The notes beneath the pieces are model-generated. The model had not been told where the DNA came from. It worked only from the letters and a program-made list of their open reading frames with translations, and ran no database searches. A program made the translations under genes and the position numbers. From Nitrospira japonica (lineage in GTDB: Bacteria > Nitrospirota > Thermodesulfovibrionia > Thermodesulfovibrionales > SM23-35): a stretch of DNA of 48,358 nt. The stretch covers positions 1-48,358 of the forward strand of contig DYFC01000053.1 of NCBI GenBank assembly GCA_020725385.1. The letters are read 5' to 3'. Shown here in pieces: positions 38,098-48,358 of this stretch; the first letter of the stretch is position 1; the number at the start of each line of letters is the position of its first letter.

Positions 38098-39402
38098 CTA
38101 TTTTCTACCCCTTATTCTACCTTTTTTCAGAAAACCTTCGTAAGAGCGGGTTACAAGGTGAGATTCAATTTGTGAAACAGTATCAAGAGCAACACCAACA
38201 GCAATAAGCAAGGATGTCCCTCCAAAATAAAATGGCACATTAAAACGATAAATTAATATCTCGGGAATTATACATACAGCAGCCAGATAAAATGCACCTA
38301 CAAATGTAAGTCTTGAAAGAACCTTATAAATATACTCGGATGTTTTTTGACCGGGTCTGATACCTGGCACAAAACCTCCGTACTTTTTTAAATTATCGGC
38401 AACATCAACCGGATTGAAAATAATCGCGGTATAGAAATATGCAAAGAAAAATATCATACCAACATACAGAACTGTATGAAGTACGGTTCCGGGCGATAAT
38501 TGTCTTGAAATTTCCTGAACCCACGGCACTGCAATAAATCCGGCGATTGTTGCAGGGAATATAAGAATCGAAGATGCAAAAATAGGAGGAATAACACCGG
38601 ATGTATTAATTTTCAACGGAAGATGGGTTGATTGTCCACCATAAACTTTTCTACCGACTATTCTTTTTGCGTACTGTACCGGTATTTTTCTCTGGCCTCT
38701 TTCTATATAAATAATTGCTCCGACTACCGCAATCATCATTATTACAAGGAAAATAACAAAAAATATAGAGAGCTCTCCTGCCTGCAAAAGTCTTACAGTA
38801 CTGATAAGAGCATTAGGGAATCTTGCAACAATACCTGCGAAAATTATTAAAGATATACCATTGCCTATCCCTCTCTCGGTGATCTGCTCGCCGAGCCACA
38901 TTATAAATGCAGTTCCGGCTGTAAGTGTAATCATTGTCATTAATCTGAATGACCATCCCGGGTTTTGAACAAAAACTCCACCACCCATACCTTCAAGTCC
39001 TGCTGCGATTCCAAATGATTGTATAGCACTTATTACTACAGTGCCATAACGTGTATATCTAACAATTTTCTTTCTTCCTGCTTCACCTTCTTTTGCAAGT
39101 TTGCCAATAGCAGGTATTACAACGGTAAGTAATTGAAGTATAATTGAAGCGCTAATATATGGCATTATGCCGAGAGCAAAAATCGTAACCCTGGATAAAG
39201 CGCCACCCGAGAACATATCAAAAAATCCCATCAGTGCTCCGCCTTTTTCGGTCAGAAACTTACTGAGTTCTTCTCCATTTATGCCGGGAGTTGGTATATG
39301 CGCTCCGATTCTATAAACAGCGAGAAGCGCAAGTGTAAACAGCACCCTGTTTTTTAACTCCGGTATTTTGAAAATGTTCTGGAAGCTTGAAATTATGCCC
39401 AA
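38098..39402 (-). CDS. secY: Preprotein translocase SecY
   Basis: [36 protein letters not shown] and FGGTSLLI motifs. Confidence 0.98.
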   Translation of the reverse strand: MGIISSFQNIFKIPELKNRVLFTLALLAVYRIGAHIPTPGINGEELSKFLTEKGGALMGFFDMFSGGALSRVTIFALGIMPYISASIILQLLTVVIPAIGKLAKEGEAGRKKIVRYTRYGTVVISAIQSFGIAAGLEGMGGGVFVQNPGWSFRLMTMITLTAGTAFIMWLGEQITERGIGNGISLIIFAGIVARFPNALISTVRLLQAGELSIFFVIFLVIMMIAVVGAIIYIERGQRKIPVQYAKRIVGRKVYGGQSTHLPLKINTSGVIPPIFASSILIFPATIAGFIAVPWVQEISRQLSPGTVLHTVLYVGMIFFFAYFYTAIIFNPVDVADNLKKYGGFVPGIRPGQKTSEYIYKVLSRLTFVGAFYLAAVCIIPEILIYRFNVPFYFGGTSLLIAVGVALDTVSQIESHLVTRSYEGFLKKGRIRGRK

Positions 39403-39406
39403 CTTC

Positions 39407-39847
39407 TTATAATACCTCTGCTTTGCCGCCTGCTGCTGAAATTTTTGTTAAAGCAGAGGCGCTGAAAGCGTCTGCTTTGATGGTGATTGGTCTGCTAAGC
39501 TGTCCATCGCCAAGCACCTTAAGTCCACATTTTAAATCCTTAATAAATCCTCTCTCTATTAACACTTCGGGAGTAACAGTATCAACACCTTCTAATCTGT
39601 CAATGTCTTTTAAATTAATAACTGCAAATTCGGAACTAAATGGGTTTTTAAAACCCCTTTTAGGCAGGCGTCTTTGCATCGGCATTTGACCGCCCTCAAA
39701 TCCCGGGCCTTTTGCCCTGCCAGAACGGGCTTTCTGCCCTTTATGTCCTTTACAGGAGGTCTTACCATGTCCTGAGCCAATTCCCCTACCAACTCTTTTT
39801 GGCTTTTTGGTGCTTCCACAAGCAGGTTTTAATTCATCTATTCTCAT
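39407..39847 (-). CDS. rplO: 50S ribosomal protein L15
   Basis: [12 protein letters not shown] and [16 protein letters not shown] motifs. Confidence 0.97.
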   Translation of the reverse strand: MRIDELKPACGSTKKPKRVGRGIGSGHGKTSCKGHKGQKARSGRAKGPGFEGGQMPMQRRLPKRGFKNPFSSEFAVINLKDIDRLEGVDTVTPEVLIERGFIKDLKCGLKVLGDGQLSRPITIKADAFSASALTKISAAGGKAEVL

Positions 39848-40350
39848 GCTGCCTCCTGGTTTTCATCTTCAACTTTACCCCTCAATTTCATAACTGCATC
39901 AGGGTCTTTAAGACTTTGTAGCCCCTGTAAAGCAGCTTTTACTGAATTAAAAGGATTATGACTTCTGAGTGATTTAGCAACAACATTCTGAACTCCGGCA
40001 ACTTCAAGGATCGCTCTAACAGCTCCTCCGGCGATAATTCCCGTACCTTTAACCGCAGGATTTATAACTATAGTGCCAGAACCAAATTTACCTATTACTC
40101 TATGAGGGATGGTTCCATCTTTTATAGGTATTTTAATGAGGGACTTTTTTGCCTGTTCCACAGCTTTTCTAATAGCTTCGGGAACTTCTGCTGCTTTACC
40201 TTTTCCTACGCCAACTGTGCCTTCACCATCACCAACAACCACAAGTGCAGTAAAAGAGAAACGCCTTCCACCTTTCACTACTTTAGCAACCCTGTTGATA
40301 TAAACGACTTTGTCTTTTAAATTAAGTCCCTCGGGATCTATTTTCTCCAC
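39844..40350 (-). CDS. rpsE: 30S ribosomal protein S5
   Basis: [16 protein letters not shown] and GTGIIAGG motifs. Confidence 0.97.
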   Translation of the reverse strand: MEKIDPEGLNLKDKVVYINRVAKVVKGGRRFSFTALVVVGDGEGTVGVGKGKAAEVPEAIRKAVEQAKKSLIKIPIKDGTIPHRVIGKFGSGTIVINPAVKGTGIIAGGAVRAILEVAGVQNVVAKSLRSHNPFNSVKAALQGLQSLKDPDAVMKLRGKVEDENQEAA

Positions 40351-40358
40351 AAACCCTC

Positions 40359-40721
40359 CTAAAACTCTAACCCGGCTGCCCTTGAAGATTCAGCCAGTGC
40401 CTTAATATTACCGTGGTAAGGATAACCGCTTCTGTCAAAAACTACTTTTTTAATTCCTTTTTCCAATGCCCTCTTAGCTAAAAGCTTCCCGACCATCTGG
40501 GCTGTTTTAGCATTCCCTTTATGTGTTTCTATTGACTTAAATTCCTTATCAAGGCTCGATGCGCAAACAAGGGTACGACCGTTAAGATCATCAATTAATT
40601 GAGCATAGATATGATTCAGGCTCCGAAAAACCGATAATCTAAGGCGTTCTGGAGTTCCTGTAACTTTTTTTCTTACTCTCTCCTGCCTTCTTTGCTTTGC
40701 TTCTCTTCTGCTTTCAGCCAA
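40359..40721 (-). CDS. rplR: 50S ribosomal protein L18
   Basis: [23 protein letters not shown] and GLEF motifs. Confidence 0.97.
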   Translation of the reverse strand: MAESRREAKQRRQERVRKKVTGTPERLRLSVFRSLNHIYAQLIDDLNGRTLVCASSLDKEFKSIETHKGNAKTAQMVGKLLAKRALEKGIKKVVFDRSGYPYHGNIKALAESSRAAGLEF

Positions 40722-40762
40722 TCTTTCCTCCTGCTTCAGTTTGTTTTTATTTTTTAATTAAA

Positions 40763-41305
40763 TTATTTTTTACCGGCTTTCCCTACTTTGAGCTTTAATC
40801 TTTGCCCTGCGTATCTTACACCTTTACCTTTATAAGCATCAGGCGGTCTTAAAGCCCTCATACTTGCAGCAACCTGTCCGAGCAATTGTTTATCAATTCC
40901 TGTTAAAGTTATCTGAACCTGTTTGGGATCAACTGTAGCGCTAATGCCTTCGGGAAGTTGCATCTCAACAGGATGAGAATATCCAAGTGTAAAGGTAATT
41001 TTATTGCCAGAGACCTGTGCTCTATAACCAACACCTGCTATCTCGAGATTCTTCTGATAACCTTTGGAAACACCTGTTACCATATTCGATATCAGACTTC
41101 TCGCAAGTCCATGAAGAGCTCTATCTGTTTTTAAATCAGAAGCTCTGCTAACTGTTATTAACCCGTCATTTACAGAGACCCCTATACTTTCAGGGAAATT
41201 CCAGCTCAATTCACCTTTTTGACCTTTTACTTTTATAGTTCTGTCCGACACAGAGACAGAAACTCCATCAGGAATTGCTATTGGCTTTTTACCTATTCTT
41301 GACAC
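40763..41305 (-). CDS. rplF: 50S ribosomal protein L6
   Basis: MSRIGKKPI, GVGYRA, LGYSHP and PDAYKGKGVRY motifs. Confidence 0.97.
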   Translation of the reverse strand: MSRIGKKPIAIPDGVSVSVSDRTIKVKGQKGELSWNFPESIGVSVNDGLITVSRASDLKTDRALHGLARSLISNMVTGVSKGYQKNLEIAGVGYRAQVSGNKITFTLGYSHPVEMQLPEGISATVDPKQVQITLTGIDKQLLGQVAASMRALRPPDAYKGKGVRYAGQRLKLKVGKAGKK

Positions 41306-41342
41306 TCTTTTCTCCTAAACACTCTAATATAATCTGAGAATA

Positions 41343-41735
41343 TTACCAGATATAACAAATAACTTCTCCGCCAACTCTTTCTCTGCGACAGGCTTTATCG
41401 CTCAGAACACCTTTTGATGTTGTTAAAACAGCAACACCGAGGCCACCCATAACTTTGGGTATTTCATTATGTCCAACATAAACACGTCTTCCGGGTTTAC
41501 TGATTCTCCTCAGCCCTGAAATAACGCTTTCGTTTTCTATATATTTTGGTATTACTCTGAGGATACCCTGTCTTTTATCTTTGAGAATTTTATAGGCTCT
41601 GATAAATCCCTCTTCTTTCATTATCTTAGCTATTTCAAGTTTCATCTTGGAAATAGGGATATCCACTTTTTCAGCCTTAATATTAATTGCGTTTCTTACC
41701 CTTGTAAGCATATCTGCAATCGGATCTGTAAGCAT
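41343..41735 (-). CDS. rpsH: 30S ribosomal protein S8
   Basis: [22 protein letters not shown] and GGEVICY motifs. Confidence 0.97.
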   Translation of the reverse strand: MLTDPIADMLTRVRNAINIKAEKVDIPISKMKLEIAKIMKEEGFIRAYKILKDKRQGILRVIPKYIENESVISGLRRISKPGRRVYVGHNEIPKVMGGLGVAVLTTSKGVLSDKACRRERVGGEVICYIW

Positions 41736-41759
41736 TCATTACCTCCAAACAATCATGGG

Positions 41760-41945
41760 TTACCAGCTTGCCTTTATGACACCGGGTATCTGGCCTTCAA
41801 GTGCAAGGGTTCTGAAACAAATTCTACAAATACCAAATTTTCTTATATACGCCCGTGGTCTTCCGCATAGCTTGCACCTGTTATAAGACCTTACAGTAAA
41901 TTTTGCAGGTCTTTTACATTTTTCAATCATACATGTTTTCGCCAT
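41760..41945 (-). CDS. rpsN: 30S ribosomal protein S14 type Z (zinc-binding)
   Basis: 61 aa; [23 protein letters not shown] and PGVIKASW. Confidence 0.97.
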   Translation of the reverse strand: MAKTCMIEKCKRPAKFTVRSYNRCKLCGRPRAYIRKFGICRICFRTLALEGQIPGVIKASW

Positions 41946-41969
41946 TAAAATTGCTCCTTAAAACTTTTA

Positions 41970-42512
41970 TCAGTTTCTGAAAGGCATCCCCATATTCCTA
42001 AGTAGAGCCTTACTTTCCTTATCGGTTTTCGCAGTTGTGCAAAAAATTATATCAAGTCCATGAATAATATCAACTTTATCATATTCAATTTCAGGGAAGA
42101 TAAACTGTTCTTTAAGCCCGAGAGCATAATTGCCTCTTCCGTCAAAAGACTTTCCGGAGATGCCTCTAAAATCTCTAATTCTCGGCAGAGCTACACTTAT
42201 CAGTCTATCCAAAAATTCATACATTCTGTTGCCTCTCAATGTCACCTTACAGCCAATCGGAACCCCTTTTCTAAGTTTAAAGGCTGCAATAGATTTCTTT
42301 GCTTTTGTAACAACCGCCTTCTGGCCTGTAATCATTGAAAGTTCTTTTTGAACGGCGTCAAGCAATTTTATATTTTGTATTGCCTCTCCTAATCCAACAT
42401 TAAGAACTATCTTTTGGATTCTTGGCACCTGCATAACATTTTTATATGAAAACTCTTTCATCATATTAGGCACAACTTCTTTAAGATACTTTTCCTTGAG
42501 TCTGGGTATCAT
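41970..42512 (-). CDS. rplE: 50S ribosomal protein L5
   Basis: Start MIPRLKEKY at 42512 (TAATG overlap with rplX); LPRIRDFRG and FDGRGNY motifs. Confidence 0.97.
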   Translation of the reverse strand: MIPRLKEKYLKEVVPNMMKEFSYKNVMQVPRIQKIVLNVGLGEAIQNIKLLDAVQKELSMITGQKAVVTKAKKSIAAFKLRKGVPIGCKVTLRGNRMYEFLDRLISVALPRIRDFRGISGKSFDGRGNYALGLKEQFIFPEIEYDKVDIIHGLDIIFCTTAKTDKESKALLRNMGMPFRN

Positions 42513-42832
42513 TACTGATCTATGACCTCCCTGCATTTACTACAGGTTCTTAGCTTTCTGCCATCCTGTAATATTGAATTTCCAATTCTTGCGGGCTTAT
42601 TGCACTTTGGACAAACAAGCATTACATTGGATATATGAAGAGGCGCTTCTTTTTCAATAATACCGCCCTGTGTGTATTGCCTGTTAGGCTTCAAATGTTT
42701 TTTAATTATATTTACTTTTTCAACCAATAAACTCTCTTTAGAAGGATATACAGCTATTACCCTTCCGGTCTTACCTTTTTCTTTTCCTGCTATTACTTTT
42801 ACGGTATCATTCTTTTTTATACTTAAACCCAT
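42512..42832 (-). CDS. rplX: 50S ribosomal protein L24
   Basis: KOW motif [13 protein letters not shown]; [15 protein letters not shown]. Confidence 0.97.
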   Translation of the reverse strand: MGLSIKKNDTVKVIAGKEKGKTGRVIAVYPSKESLLVEKVNIIKKHLKPNRQYTQGGIIEKEAPLHISNVMLVCPKCNKPARIGNSILQDGRKLRTCSKCREVIDQ

Positions 42833-42839
42833 ATTTCAC

Positions 42840-43208
42840 CTATAATACTTCCGGAGCTAATGAAATTATTTTTGTAAATTCTTTCCACCTTAACTCTCTT
42901 GCCACAGGGCCAAATATTCTTGTGCCCACAGGTTCATGCTGTGCATTAATAAGGACAACTGCATTTTGATCAAACCTGATGTAAGTACCATCGGGTCTTC
43001 TCTGCTCCTTTTTTGTACGAACCACAACAGCCTTAGCTACCGTTCCTTTCTTAACATTGCTGTCAGGCAGAGCTTCTTTTATGCTTACAACAACTATATC
43101 ACCAAGACGTGCATATCTTCTATGGAAACCTCCCATAACCTTTATGCACTGAACTTTCTTGGCGCCTGAATTATCCGCAACTTCAAGCATGCTCCTTAAT
43201 TGAATCAT
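42840..43208 (-). CDS. rplN: 50S ribosomal protein L14
   Basis: [21 protein letters not shown] and SLAPEVL motifs. Confidence 0.98.
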   Translation of the reverse strand: MIQLRSMLEVADNSGAKKVQCIKVMGGFHRRYARLGDIVVVSIKEALPDSNVKKGTVAKAVVVRTKKEQRRPDGTYIRFDQNAVVLINAQHEPVGTRIFGPVARELRWKEFTKIISLAPEVL

Positions 43209-43231
43209 CTTATATCACTCCAATCCAATCC

Positions 43232-43459
43232 CTAATCTATTACTGCCCATCTCTTTTCTTTGCTTAAAGGTCTTACTTCAATTATCTTAACAACATCTCC
43301 AATCTGACATTTATTTTGTTCATCGTGGGCTTTAAATTTTGTAACCCTCTTAACAGTCTTTTTATAAACAGGATGCTGGAAAAGTCTTGTGACAGCAACA
43401 ACGACAGTCTTGTCCATTTTATTACTAATAACTTTGCCTGTGTAAATCTTCTTTGACAT
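43232..43459 (-). CDS. rpsQ: 30S ribosomal protein S17
   Basis: [18 protein letters not shown] and RPLSK motifs; ATG at 43459 follows AGGAG. Confidence 0.96.
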   Translation of the reverse strand: MSKKIYTGKVISNKMDKTVVVAVTRLFQHPVYKKTVKRVTKFKAHDEQNKCQIGDVVKIIEVRPLSKEKRWAVID

Positions 43460-43517
43460 TCTCACTCCTGATTTCAGATTGCCAGTACAGCTTTAAAAAT
43501 TTATATAACCTGACCGG

Positions 43518-43724
43518 CTAACCTTCTTTTTTGCCGCTTTTAGTTTTTTCTGTTACTACCGTTAAAATCCTTGCTATATCTTTTCTTACAGCACGAATAC
43601 GCATAGGATTTTCGATTTCACCTGTAGCCTTCTGGAATCTAAGATTAAAGAGTTCCTTTCTTAAATCACTCTCTTTATTTTTCAATTCATCTATTGTTAA
43701 CGCTCTGAGTTCGGATGTTTTCAC
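43518..43724 (-). CDS. rpmC: 50S ribosomal protein L29
   Basis: [11 protein letters not shown] and RKDIARILT motifs. Confidence 0.96.
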   Translation of the reverse strand: MKTSELRALTIDELKNKESDLRKELFNLRFQKATGEIENPMRIRAVRKDIARILTVVTEKTKSGKKEG

Positions 43725-44140
43725 AGAACCTCCTCATTCCTCTTCACAAACTTTGTCGCTACAGGCAACTTATATGATGCAAGTCTCATTGCTTCTTTGG
43801 CTGTCTCTTCCGTAACACCCGACATTTCATATAAAATCCTTCCGGGTCTTACAACCGCCACCCAGTACTCGGGTGCGCCTTTTCCTTTACCCATTCTTGT
43901 CTCCGCAGGCTTCTTAGTAATCGGTTTATCTGGGAAAATTCTGATCCAGACTTTGCAGCCTCTTTTTGCGTGTCTTGTTATTGCTATTCTCGCAGCCTCT
44001 ATTTGCTGGCTGGATATCCAGCCCGGTTCAAGAGCTTTTAAACCAAACTCGCCAAAAGAGACTTCAGAACCAGCGTAAGCCTTACCATTCATCCTGCCTT
44101 TTTGCATTTTTCTAAATTTAACTTTTTTTGGCATTAACAT
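43721..44140 (-). CDS. rplP: 50S ribosomal protein L16
   Basis: QIEAAR and [24 protein letters not shown] motifs. Confidence 0.98.
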   Translation of the reverse strand: MLMPKKVKFRKMQKGRMNGKAYAGSEVSFGEFGLKALEPGWISSQQIEAARIAITRHAKRGCKVWIRIFPDKPITKKPAETRMGKGKGAPEYWVAVVRPGRILYEMSGVTEETAKEAMRLASYKLPVATKFVKRNEEVL

Positions 44141-44148
44141 AATGTCAC

Positions 44149-44796
44149 CTATACTTCCTTAATACGGCTTTCAGGCAAAATATCGCCATGATACATCCAC
44201 ACTTTTACACCTATTACGCCATAAGTTGTTTTTGCCTTAGCATAGCCGTAATCTATATCTGCTCTAAAAGTATGCAATGGAACCCGACCTTCTCTATACC
44301 ATTCCGAGCGGGCAATTTCTGCACCGGCAAGTCTTCCTGAACAAGCAATTTTAACTCCAAGTGTCCCAAATCGCAAAGCCGATGAAACCGATTTTTTCAT
44401 AGCCCGTCTGAAAGCAACTCTTTTTTCAAGCTGAAGGGCAACATTTTCGGCAACAAGCTGGGCATCTATCTCTGGCTTTCTAATTTCTTTTATATCTATT
44501 GAAACTTCTTTGCCGGTCATTTGTTTCAGGTCTTTACGAAGTTTTTCAACCTCGGCACCTTTTTTGCCTATAATAATTCCAGGCCTTGCAGTATGAATTA
44601 TAATCCTCATATTTTGTCCGGCCCTTTCTATCTCGATCTTAGGCACACCGGCATGATATAATTTTTCTTTAAGCATTCTGCGAATATTTATGTCTTCGAC
44701 AAGCTGCTGATCAAAACCTTTTTTGGCAAACCATCTTGAATCCCAGGTTTTTATGATACCAAGTCTGTTACCTATTGGATGCGTCTTCTGACCCAA
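44149..44796 (-). CDS. rpsC: 30S ribosomal protein S3
   Basis: [17 protein letters not shown] and [14 protein letters not shown] motifs. Confidence 0.98.
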   Translation of the reverse strand: MGQKTHPIGNRLGIIKTWDSRWFAKKGFDQQLVEDINIRRMLKEKLYHAGVPKIEIERAGQNMRIIIHTARPGIIIGKKGAEVEKLRKDLKQMTGKEVSIDIKEIRKPEIDAQLVAENVALQLEKRVAFRRAMKKSVSSALRFGTLGVKIACSGRLAGAEIARSEWYREGRVPLHTFRADIDYGYAKAKTTYGVIGVKVWMYHGDILPESRIKEV

Positions 44797-44825
44797 AACC
44801 TACCTCCTGAACTTTTTCGCTTGAT

Positions 44826-45164
44826 TTAGTGTTCTTTCTCTGAAAGAACCAATGTTATATGAGAAGTTCTTTTTCTTATTATATTGGCTCTTCCCATTGC
44901 CCGTGGAAGCATACGTTTCATTACAGGCCCCTGATCAACAGTTGCCTTTACTATTACCATATCTTCCGGATTGACTACTTTTTTCTGCTCTGCATTTGCC
45001 ATAGCAGATTTAAGGAGCTTCTCAACAAACTTAGCGCCCCTGTATGGCATATACTTTAAATATACCAGCGCATCACCAGCGCTTTTATGTTTAATGAGGT
45101 CTATAACTCTTCTTGCTTTTCTTGGTGTAATTCGTGCGTACTTTAAAATTGCTTTTGATTCCAT
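44826..45164 (-). CDS. rplV: 50S ribosomal protein L22
   Basis: RITPRKAR, KSAMANAE and PRAMGRA...RTSHIT motifs. Confidence 0.97.
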   Translation of the reverse strand: MESKAILKYARITPRKARRVIDLIKHKSAGDALVYLKYMPYRGAKFVEKLLKSAMANAEQKKVVNPEDMVIVKATVDQGPVMKRMLPRAMGRANIIRKRTSHITLVLSEKEH

Positions 45165-45176
45165 AGCTTGCTCTTT

Positions 45177-45464
45177 TTATCCTTTTGCCGAAGCCGAAGA
45201 TTTCTCACCACCTGAATGGCTTCTAAAAGTTCTTGTTGGTGAAAATTCACCAAGCTTATGACCAACCATATTTTCAGTCACATAAACAGGAATAAACTTT
45301 TTACCATTATGCACGGCAAAAGTATATCCTATAAATTCAGGCACAATGGTTGATCTCCTCGACCATGTTTTGATAAGCTTTTTCTCTCCACTATCAATCA
45401 TGGCTTTAACTTTTTTCATAAGTTTTTGATCCACAAACGGACCTTTTTTCAATGACCTTGGCAA
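45177..45464 (-). CDS. rpsS: 30S ribosomal protein S19
   Basis: [20 protein letters not shown] and [13 protein letters not shown] motifs. Confidence 0.98.
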   Translation of the reverse strand: MPRSLKKGPFVDQKLMKKVKAMIDSGEKKLIKTWSRRSTIVPEFIGYTFAVHNGKKFIPVYVTENMVGHKLGEFSPTRTFRSHSGGEKSSASAKG

Positions 45465-45476
45465 TTATTCCTCCTG

Positions 45477-46295
45477 TTACTTTCTTCGTTTTATTATAAA
45501 CCTGTCGGTTCTCTTGTTTTGTCTTGTCTTAATACCTTCAGGTTTACCCCATGGAGTACAAGCAGGTCTTCCACCTGAAGCTTTTCCTTCACCACCACCG
45601 AGCGGATGATCTATTGGGTTCATTGCAACTCCTCTAACATGGGGTCTAATTCCAAGCCACCTGCGTCTTCCTGCTTTTCCATAAGATATATTCTCATGCT
45701 CGAAATTGCTAACCTGACCGATAGTTGCCATACATTCAGCCGGTATAAGCCTTACTTCTCCTGAAGAAAGTTTTATCTGTACGTTTTTTTCATCTTTTGC
45801 TATCAATTGAGCACTTGTTCCGGCGCTTCTTACAAGCTTGGCTCCCTGCCCGGGTCTTAGTTCTATATTATGTATAAATGTACCCAATGGCATCTCAGCC
45901 AGTGGTAGAGCATTTCCTGTCTTTATTTCAGCGCCTTTACCTGAAACCACTTCATCGCCGACATTCAATCCCGCAGGTGCTATTATATACCTTTTTTCAC
46001 CATCTTTATAATGTAATAATGCAATTCTTGACGACCTGTTAGGATCATACTCTATTGTTGCGACTTTTGCCGGAATACCATTTTTGTCTCTCTTAAAATC
46101 AATAATTCTATATGCTCTGTAGTTACCGCTCCCCCGGTGCCAGGCAGTAACCCTCCCTGCATTATTCCTGCCGCCTGTTTTTTTCAGTGGTTTGAGTAAT
46201 GCCTTACACGGTTCGGTTGTTGTTATATCGGCGAAATCAGAGACTGTTTGAAATCTCCTGCCGGGAGATGTTGGATTAAATTTTTTCAGACCCAT
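45477..46295 (-). CDS. rplB: 50S ribosomal protein L2
   Basis: GRNNAG, EYDPNRS and [18 protein letters not shown] motifs. Confidence 0.98.
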   Translation of the reverse strand: MGLKKFNPTSPGRRFQTVSDFADITTTEPCKALLKPLKKTGGRNNAGRVTAWHRGSGNYRAYRIIDFKRDKNGIPAKVATIEYDPNRSSRIALLHYKDGEKRYIIAPAGLNVGDEVVSGKGAEIKTGNALPLAEMPLGTFIHNIELRPGQGAKLVRSAGTSAQLIAKDEKNVQIKLSSGEVRLIPAECMATIGQVSNFEHENISYGKAGRRRWLGIRPHVRGVAMNPIDHPLGGGEGKASGGRPACTPWGKPEGIKTRQNKRTDRFIIKRRK

Positions 46296-46585
46296 TATGC
46301 ACCTTCAATAAATTCGAGTTTTTCACCCTTCTTAAGGGTAATAATTGCTTTTTTAGTATCAGGTCTCTTACCGATAGACCTTCCATATCTTTTCCATTTT
46401 CCTCTAACATTTATTGTTGCGACCTTATCGACTTTAACTTTGAAATTTTCTTCAATGGCTTTTTTAATCTCTATTTTATTTGCATCTTTAGCAACTTCAA
46501 CAAGTATTTTGTTCTCATTTTCCTTGAGGCTGCTGCCTTTTTCGGTAAATAGCGGCCTTTTTATTATTGAATAAATGTCTTTCAT
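46295..46585 (-). CDS. rplW: 50S ribosomal protein L23
   Basis: Start MKDIY at 46585 (ATGA overlap with rplD); [14 protein letters not shown] and KKAIITL motifs. Confidence 0.96.
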   Translation of the reverse strand: MKDIYSIIKRPLFTEKGSSLKENENKILVEVAKDANKIEIKKAIEENFKVKVDKVATINVRGKWKRYGRSIGKRPDTKKAIITLKKGEKLEFIEGA

Positions 46586-47211
46586 GATACTCTCATTTCC
46601 TCTATTTTTCCTACTGCTTCCTTTGTCATAAGCAGAGTATTGTATGCACATACTTCATATGTATTTAAGTCTGCTGCTCTCCTTACTTCAACATTCGGGA
46701 TATTTCTTGCAGAAAGAATTATAGCATCATTTTTTTCAGGAATAACAATTAAAACACTTTTATTTTCTAATCCCAGGTTTTTTAAAATATTTACCATTTG
46801 TTTTGTTCCTGGTTTTTCAAAATTCAAAGCATCAATTATAACAACTTCTCCACTTTTAATCTTTTCATTAAAAGCTTTAACAAAAGCAAGCTTTTTTATT
46901 TGCTTTGGAAGCTTATATGAATAATCTCTTGGCTGGGGACCAAAAACAATTCCACCTCCACGCCATATAGGCGAACGCGTACTTCCAGCCCTTGCCCTTC
47001 CAGTATGTTTTTGCCTCCATGGTTTTTTACCACCACCACTTACAAGCCCTCTTGTTTTAGTTGCATGTGTTCCCTGTCTTTGATTTGCAAGATAATTTAC
47101 GACAGCAGTATGAAGCATACTTTTATCGACTTTAACATCAAAAATATCTTCTTTTAAATTAATTTTGCCTACTACAGAATTATTTTGATCTTTTACATCT
47201 AATTCTGGCAT
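46582..47211 (-). CDS. rplD: 50S ribosomal protein L4
   Basis: RQGTHATKTR, KPWRQKHTGRARAGS and GGGIVFGPQPRDY motifs. Confidence 0.97.
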   Translation of the reverse strand: MPELDVKDQNNSVVGKINLKEDIFDVKVDKSMLHTAVVNYLANQRQGTHATKTRGLVSGGGKKPWRQKHTGRARAGSTRSPIWRGGGIVFGPQPRDYSYKLPKQIKKLAFVKAFNEKIKSGEVVIIDALNFEKPGTKQMVNILKNLGLENKSVLIVIPEKNDAIILSARNIPNVEVRRAADLNTYEVCAYNTLLMTKEAVGKIEEMRVS

Positions 47212-47212
47212 T

Positions 47213-47824
47213 TTATTCTTCCTTCTTTATCTCAACAATTGTGCCTTTTGGTCCTGGAACAGCACCTTGTATTAGTATAAGATTTTGTTCGGGTCTAACT
47301 TCTATAACTTTAAGATTTTTTACCGTCACTTTATCCATTCCCATATGTCCCGGTAATTTTTGATTCTTCCAGACTCTTGAAGGATAAGAGCTTGCTCCTA
47401 TTGAACCAGGAGCCCTATTGAACATTGAACCATGTGAACCAGGGCCACCTGAAAAATGATGTCTTTTCATAACACCCTGAAAGCCCTTGCCTTTTGACAT
47501 CCCGGATACAGAAACCACATCACCAGATGCAAAGCTCTCGACCGTAAGAAATTCGCCAACTTTTAAACCGCCAATAGGAAATTCTTTTATTATCTTATAT
47601 GTTTTTAGCCCGGCTTTCTTAAATACTCCTGCTTGAGGTTTATTTAATTTCTTCTCTTTTGTTTCTATAAATCCGATTTTTACGGCCTCATAACCATCTT
47701 TTTCAAGAGTCTTAACCTGTATAACACAACCCGGCCCTGCTTCTATCACAGTAACAGGATATGCTTTGCCATCCGTTGAAAATATTTGTGTCATACCGAG
47801 CTTTTTACCTAATATGCCAATCAT
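47213..47824 (-). CDS. rplC: 50S ribosomal protein L3
   Basis: GKKLGMTQ, KGKGFQGVMKRH and PGSIG motifs; ATG at 47824 follows GGAG. Confidence 0.97.
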   Translation of the reverse strand: MIGILGKKLGMTQIFSTDGKAYPVTVIEAGPGCVIQVKTLEKDGYEAVKIGFIETKEKKLNKPQAGVFKKAGLKTYKIIKEFPIGGLKVGEFLTVESFASGDVVSVSGMSKGKGFQGVMKRHHFSGGPGSHGSMFNRAPGSIGASSYPSRVWKNQKLPGHMGMDKVTVKNLKVIEVRPEQNLILIQGAVPGPKGTIVEIKKEE

Positions 47825-47875
47825 TTGTTTCTCCAAATTATCTATCGTTATTATAAGGGCTTATTTCATACATTT

Positions 47876-48181
47876 TTATAGTTTAATTTCTACATCAACC
47901 CCTGCAGCAAGTTCGAGCTTCATTAAAGCATCTACGGTCTGAGGAGTAGGATCAACGATATCAAGCAATCTTTTATGAGTCCTGATTTCAAATTGCTCCC
48001 TTGATTTTTTATCAACATGCGGAGATCTTAAAACAGTAAACCTGTTTATTTTTGTAGGTAGTGGCACAGGACCAGCTACTCTTGCTCCTGTTTTCTGCAC
48101 AGTATCTACTATTTCCTTAACCGACATGTCAAGTATCCTATGGTCAAAAGCCCTTAATTTGATTCTTATTTTCTGATTCAC
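47876..48181 (-). CDS. rpsJ: 30S ribosomal protein S10
   Basis: [17 protein letters not shown] and [14 protein letters not shown] motifs. Confidence 0.98.
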   Translation of the reverse strand: MNQKIRIKLRAFDHRILDMSVKEIVDTVQKTGARVAGPVPLPTKINRFTVLRSPHVDKKSREQFEIRTHKRLLDIVDPTPQTVDALMKLELAAGVDVEIKL

Positions 48182-48233
48182 TGTTTCCTCAATAATTCCT
48201 TTTTAATCCTTAAATAAAATTTATATTTTTACT

Positions 48234-48358
48234 CTACTGAATTATCTCAGTTACGACTCCTGCGCCAACTGTCCTTCCACCTTCTCTTATCGCAAACCTT
48301 AATTCCTTCTCCATCGCTATCGGCGATATTAACTCAACTGTCAAACTTACATTGTCAC
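48234..48358 (-). CDS. tuf: Elongation factor Tu, 3' end (partial; absent from the ORF track)
   Basis: Manual translation ...[40 protein letters not shown]. Confidence 0.97.
   Translation of the reverse strand, partial: DNVSLTVELISPIAMEKELRFAIREGGRTVGAGVVTEIIQ

Noticed and set aside
422-46924. Numerous 60-170-aa antisense or alternative-frame ORFs in the track (e.g. 3462-3854, 14852-15370, 28987-29394)
   Set aside because: They overlap well-supported genes and have shadow-ORF composition.
21971-47836. Longer ORF-track starts for the secreted protein, rplQ, rplE, rpsQ, rplW and rplC
   Set aside because: Downstream ATGs fit RBS position, stop-start coupling and family N-termini better.
114-48181. 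Selenocysteine UGA read-through in window genes
   Set aside because: TGA-ending genes stop at their expected C-termini, mostly overlapping the next start codon. The TGA in the hicA pseudogene arises from a frameshift.

Overview
AT-rich bacterial chromosomal window. Gene content and order suggest an anaerobic Nitrospirota (Thermodesulfovibrionia-like) or deltaproteobacteria-like organism; this is inference only. Most of the window is housekeeping: rplM-rpsI-argC-argJ, rnhA, a GT2-wbaP pair, a PAS hybrid kinase, purF, selB, yggS-proC-yggT-divIVA-hisS, a TatD-radical SAM fusion, hisD, selA, dnaJ-hspR-clpB, and the tuf(3' end)-S10-spc-alpha ribosomal cluster, which includes an rpmJ missed by the ORF track and lacks rpmD and adk. 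Two accessory spots stand out. (1) At 1-1369, two different toxin-antitoxin modules (MNT-HEPN, HicB-HicA) each follow a decayed copy of the conserved C-terminal tail of a type IIG restriction-modification gene (31/33-bp direct repeat), next to a GTAG-type REP palindrome. This looks like a cassette array anchored on RM-tail repeats. (2) At 25100-27230 there is a decayed defence/mobile hotspot: a GC-rich DUF262-HNH (GmrSD-like) gene with integron-cassette boundary signatures, a frameshifted hicA, a 159-bp MITE-like element and a transposase remnant. Also seen are a candidate ~60-nt sRNA with anti-SD C-rich motifs and a recurring TANNNT-7nt-ATG leaderless-mRNA signature.
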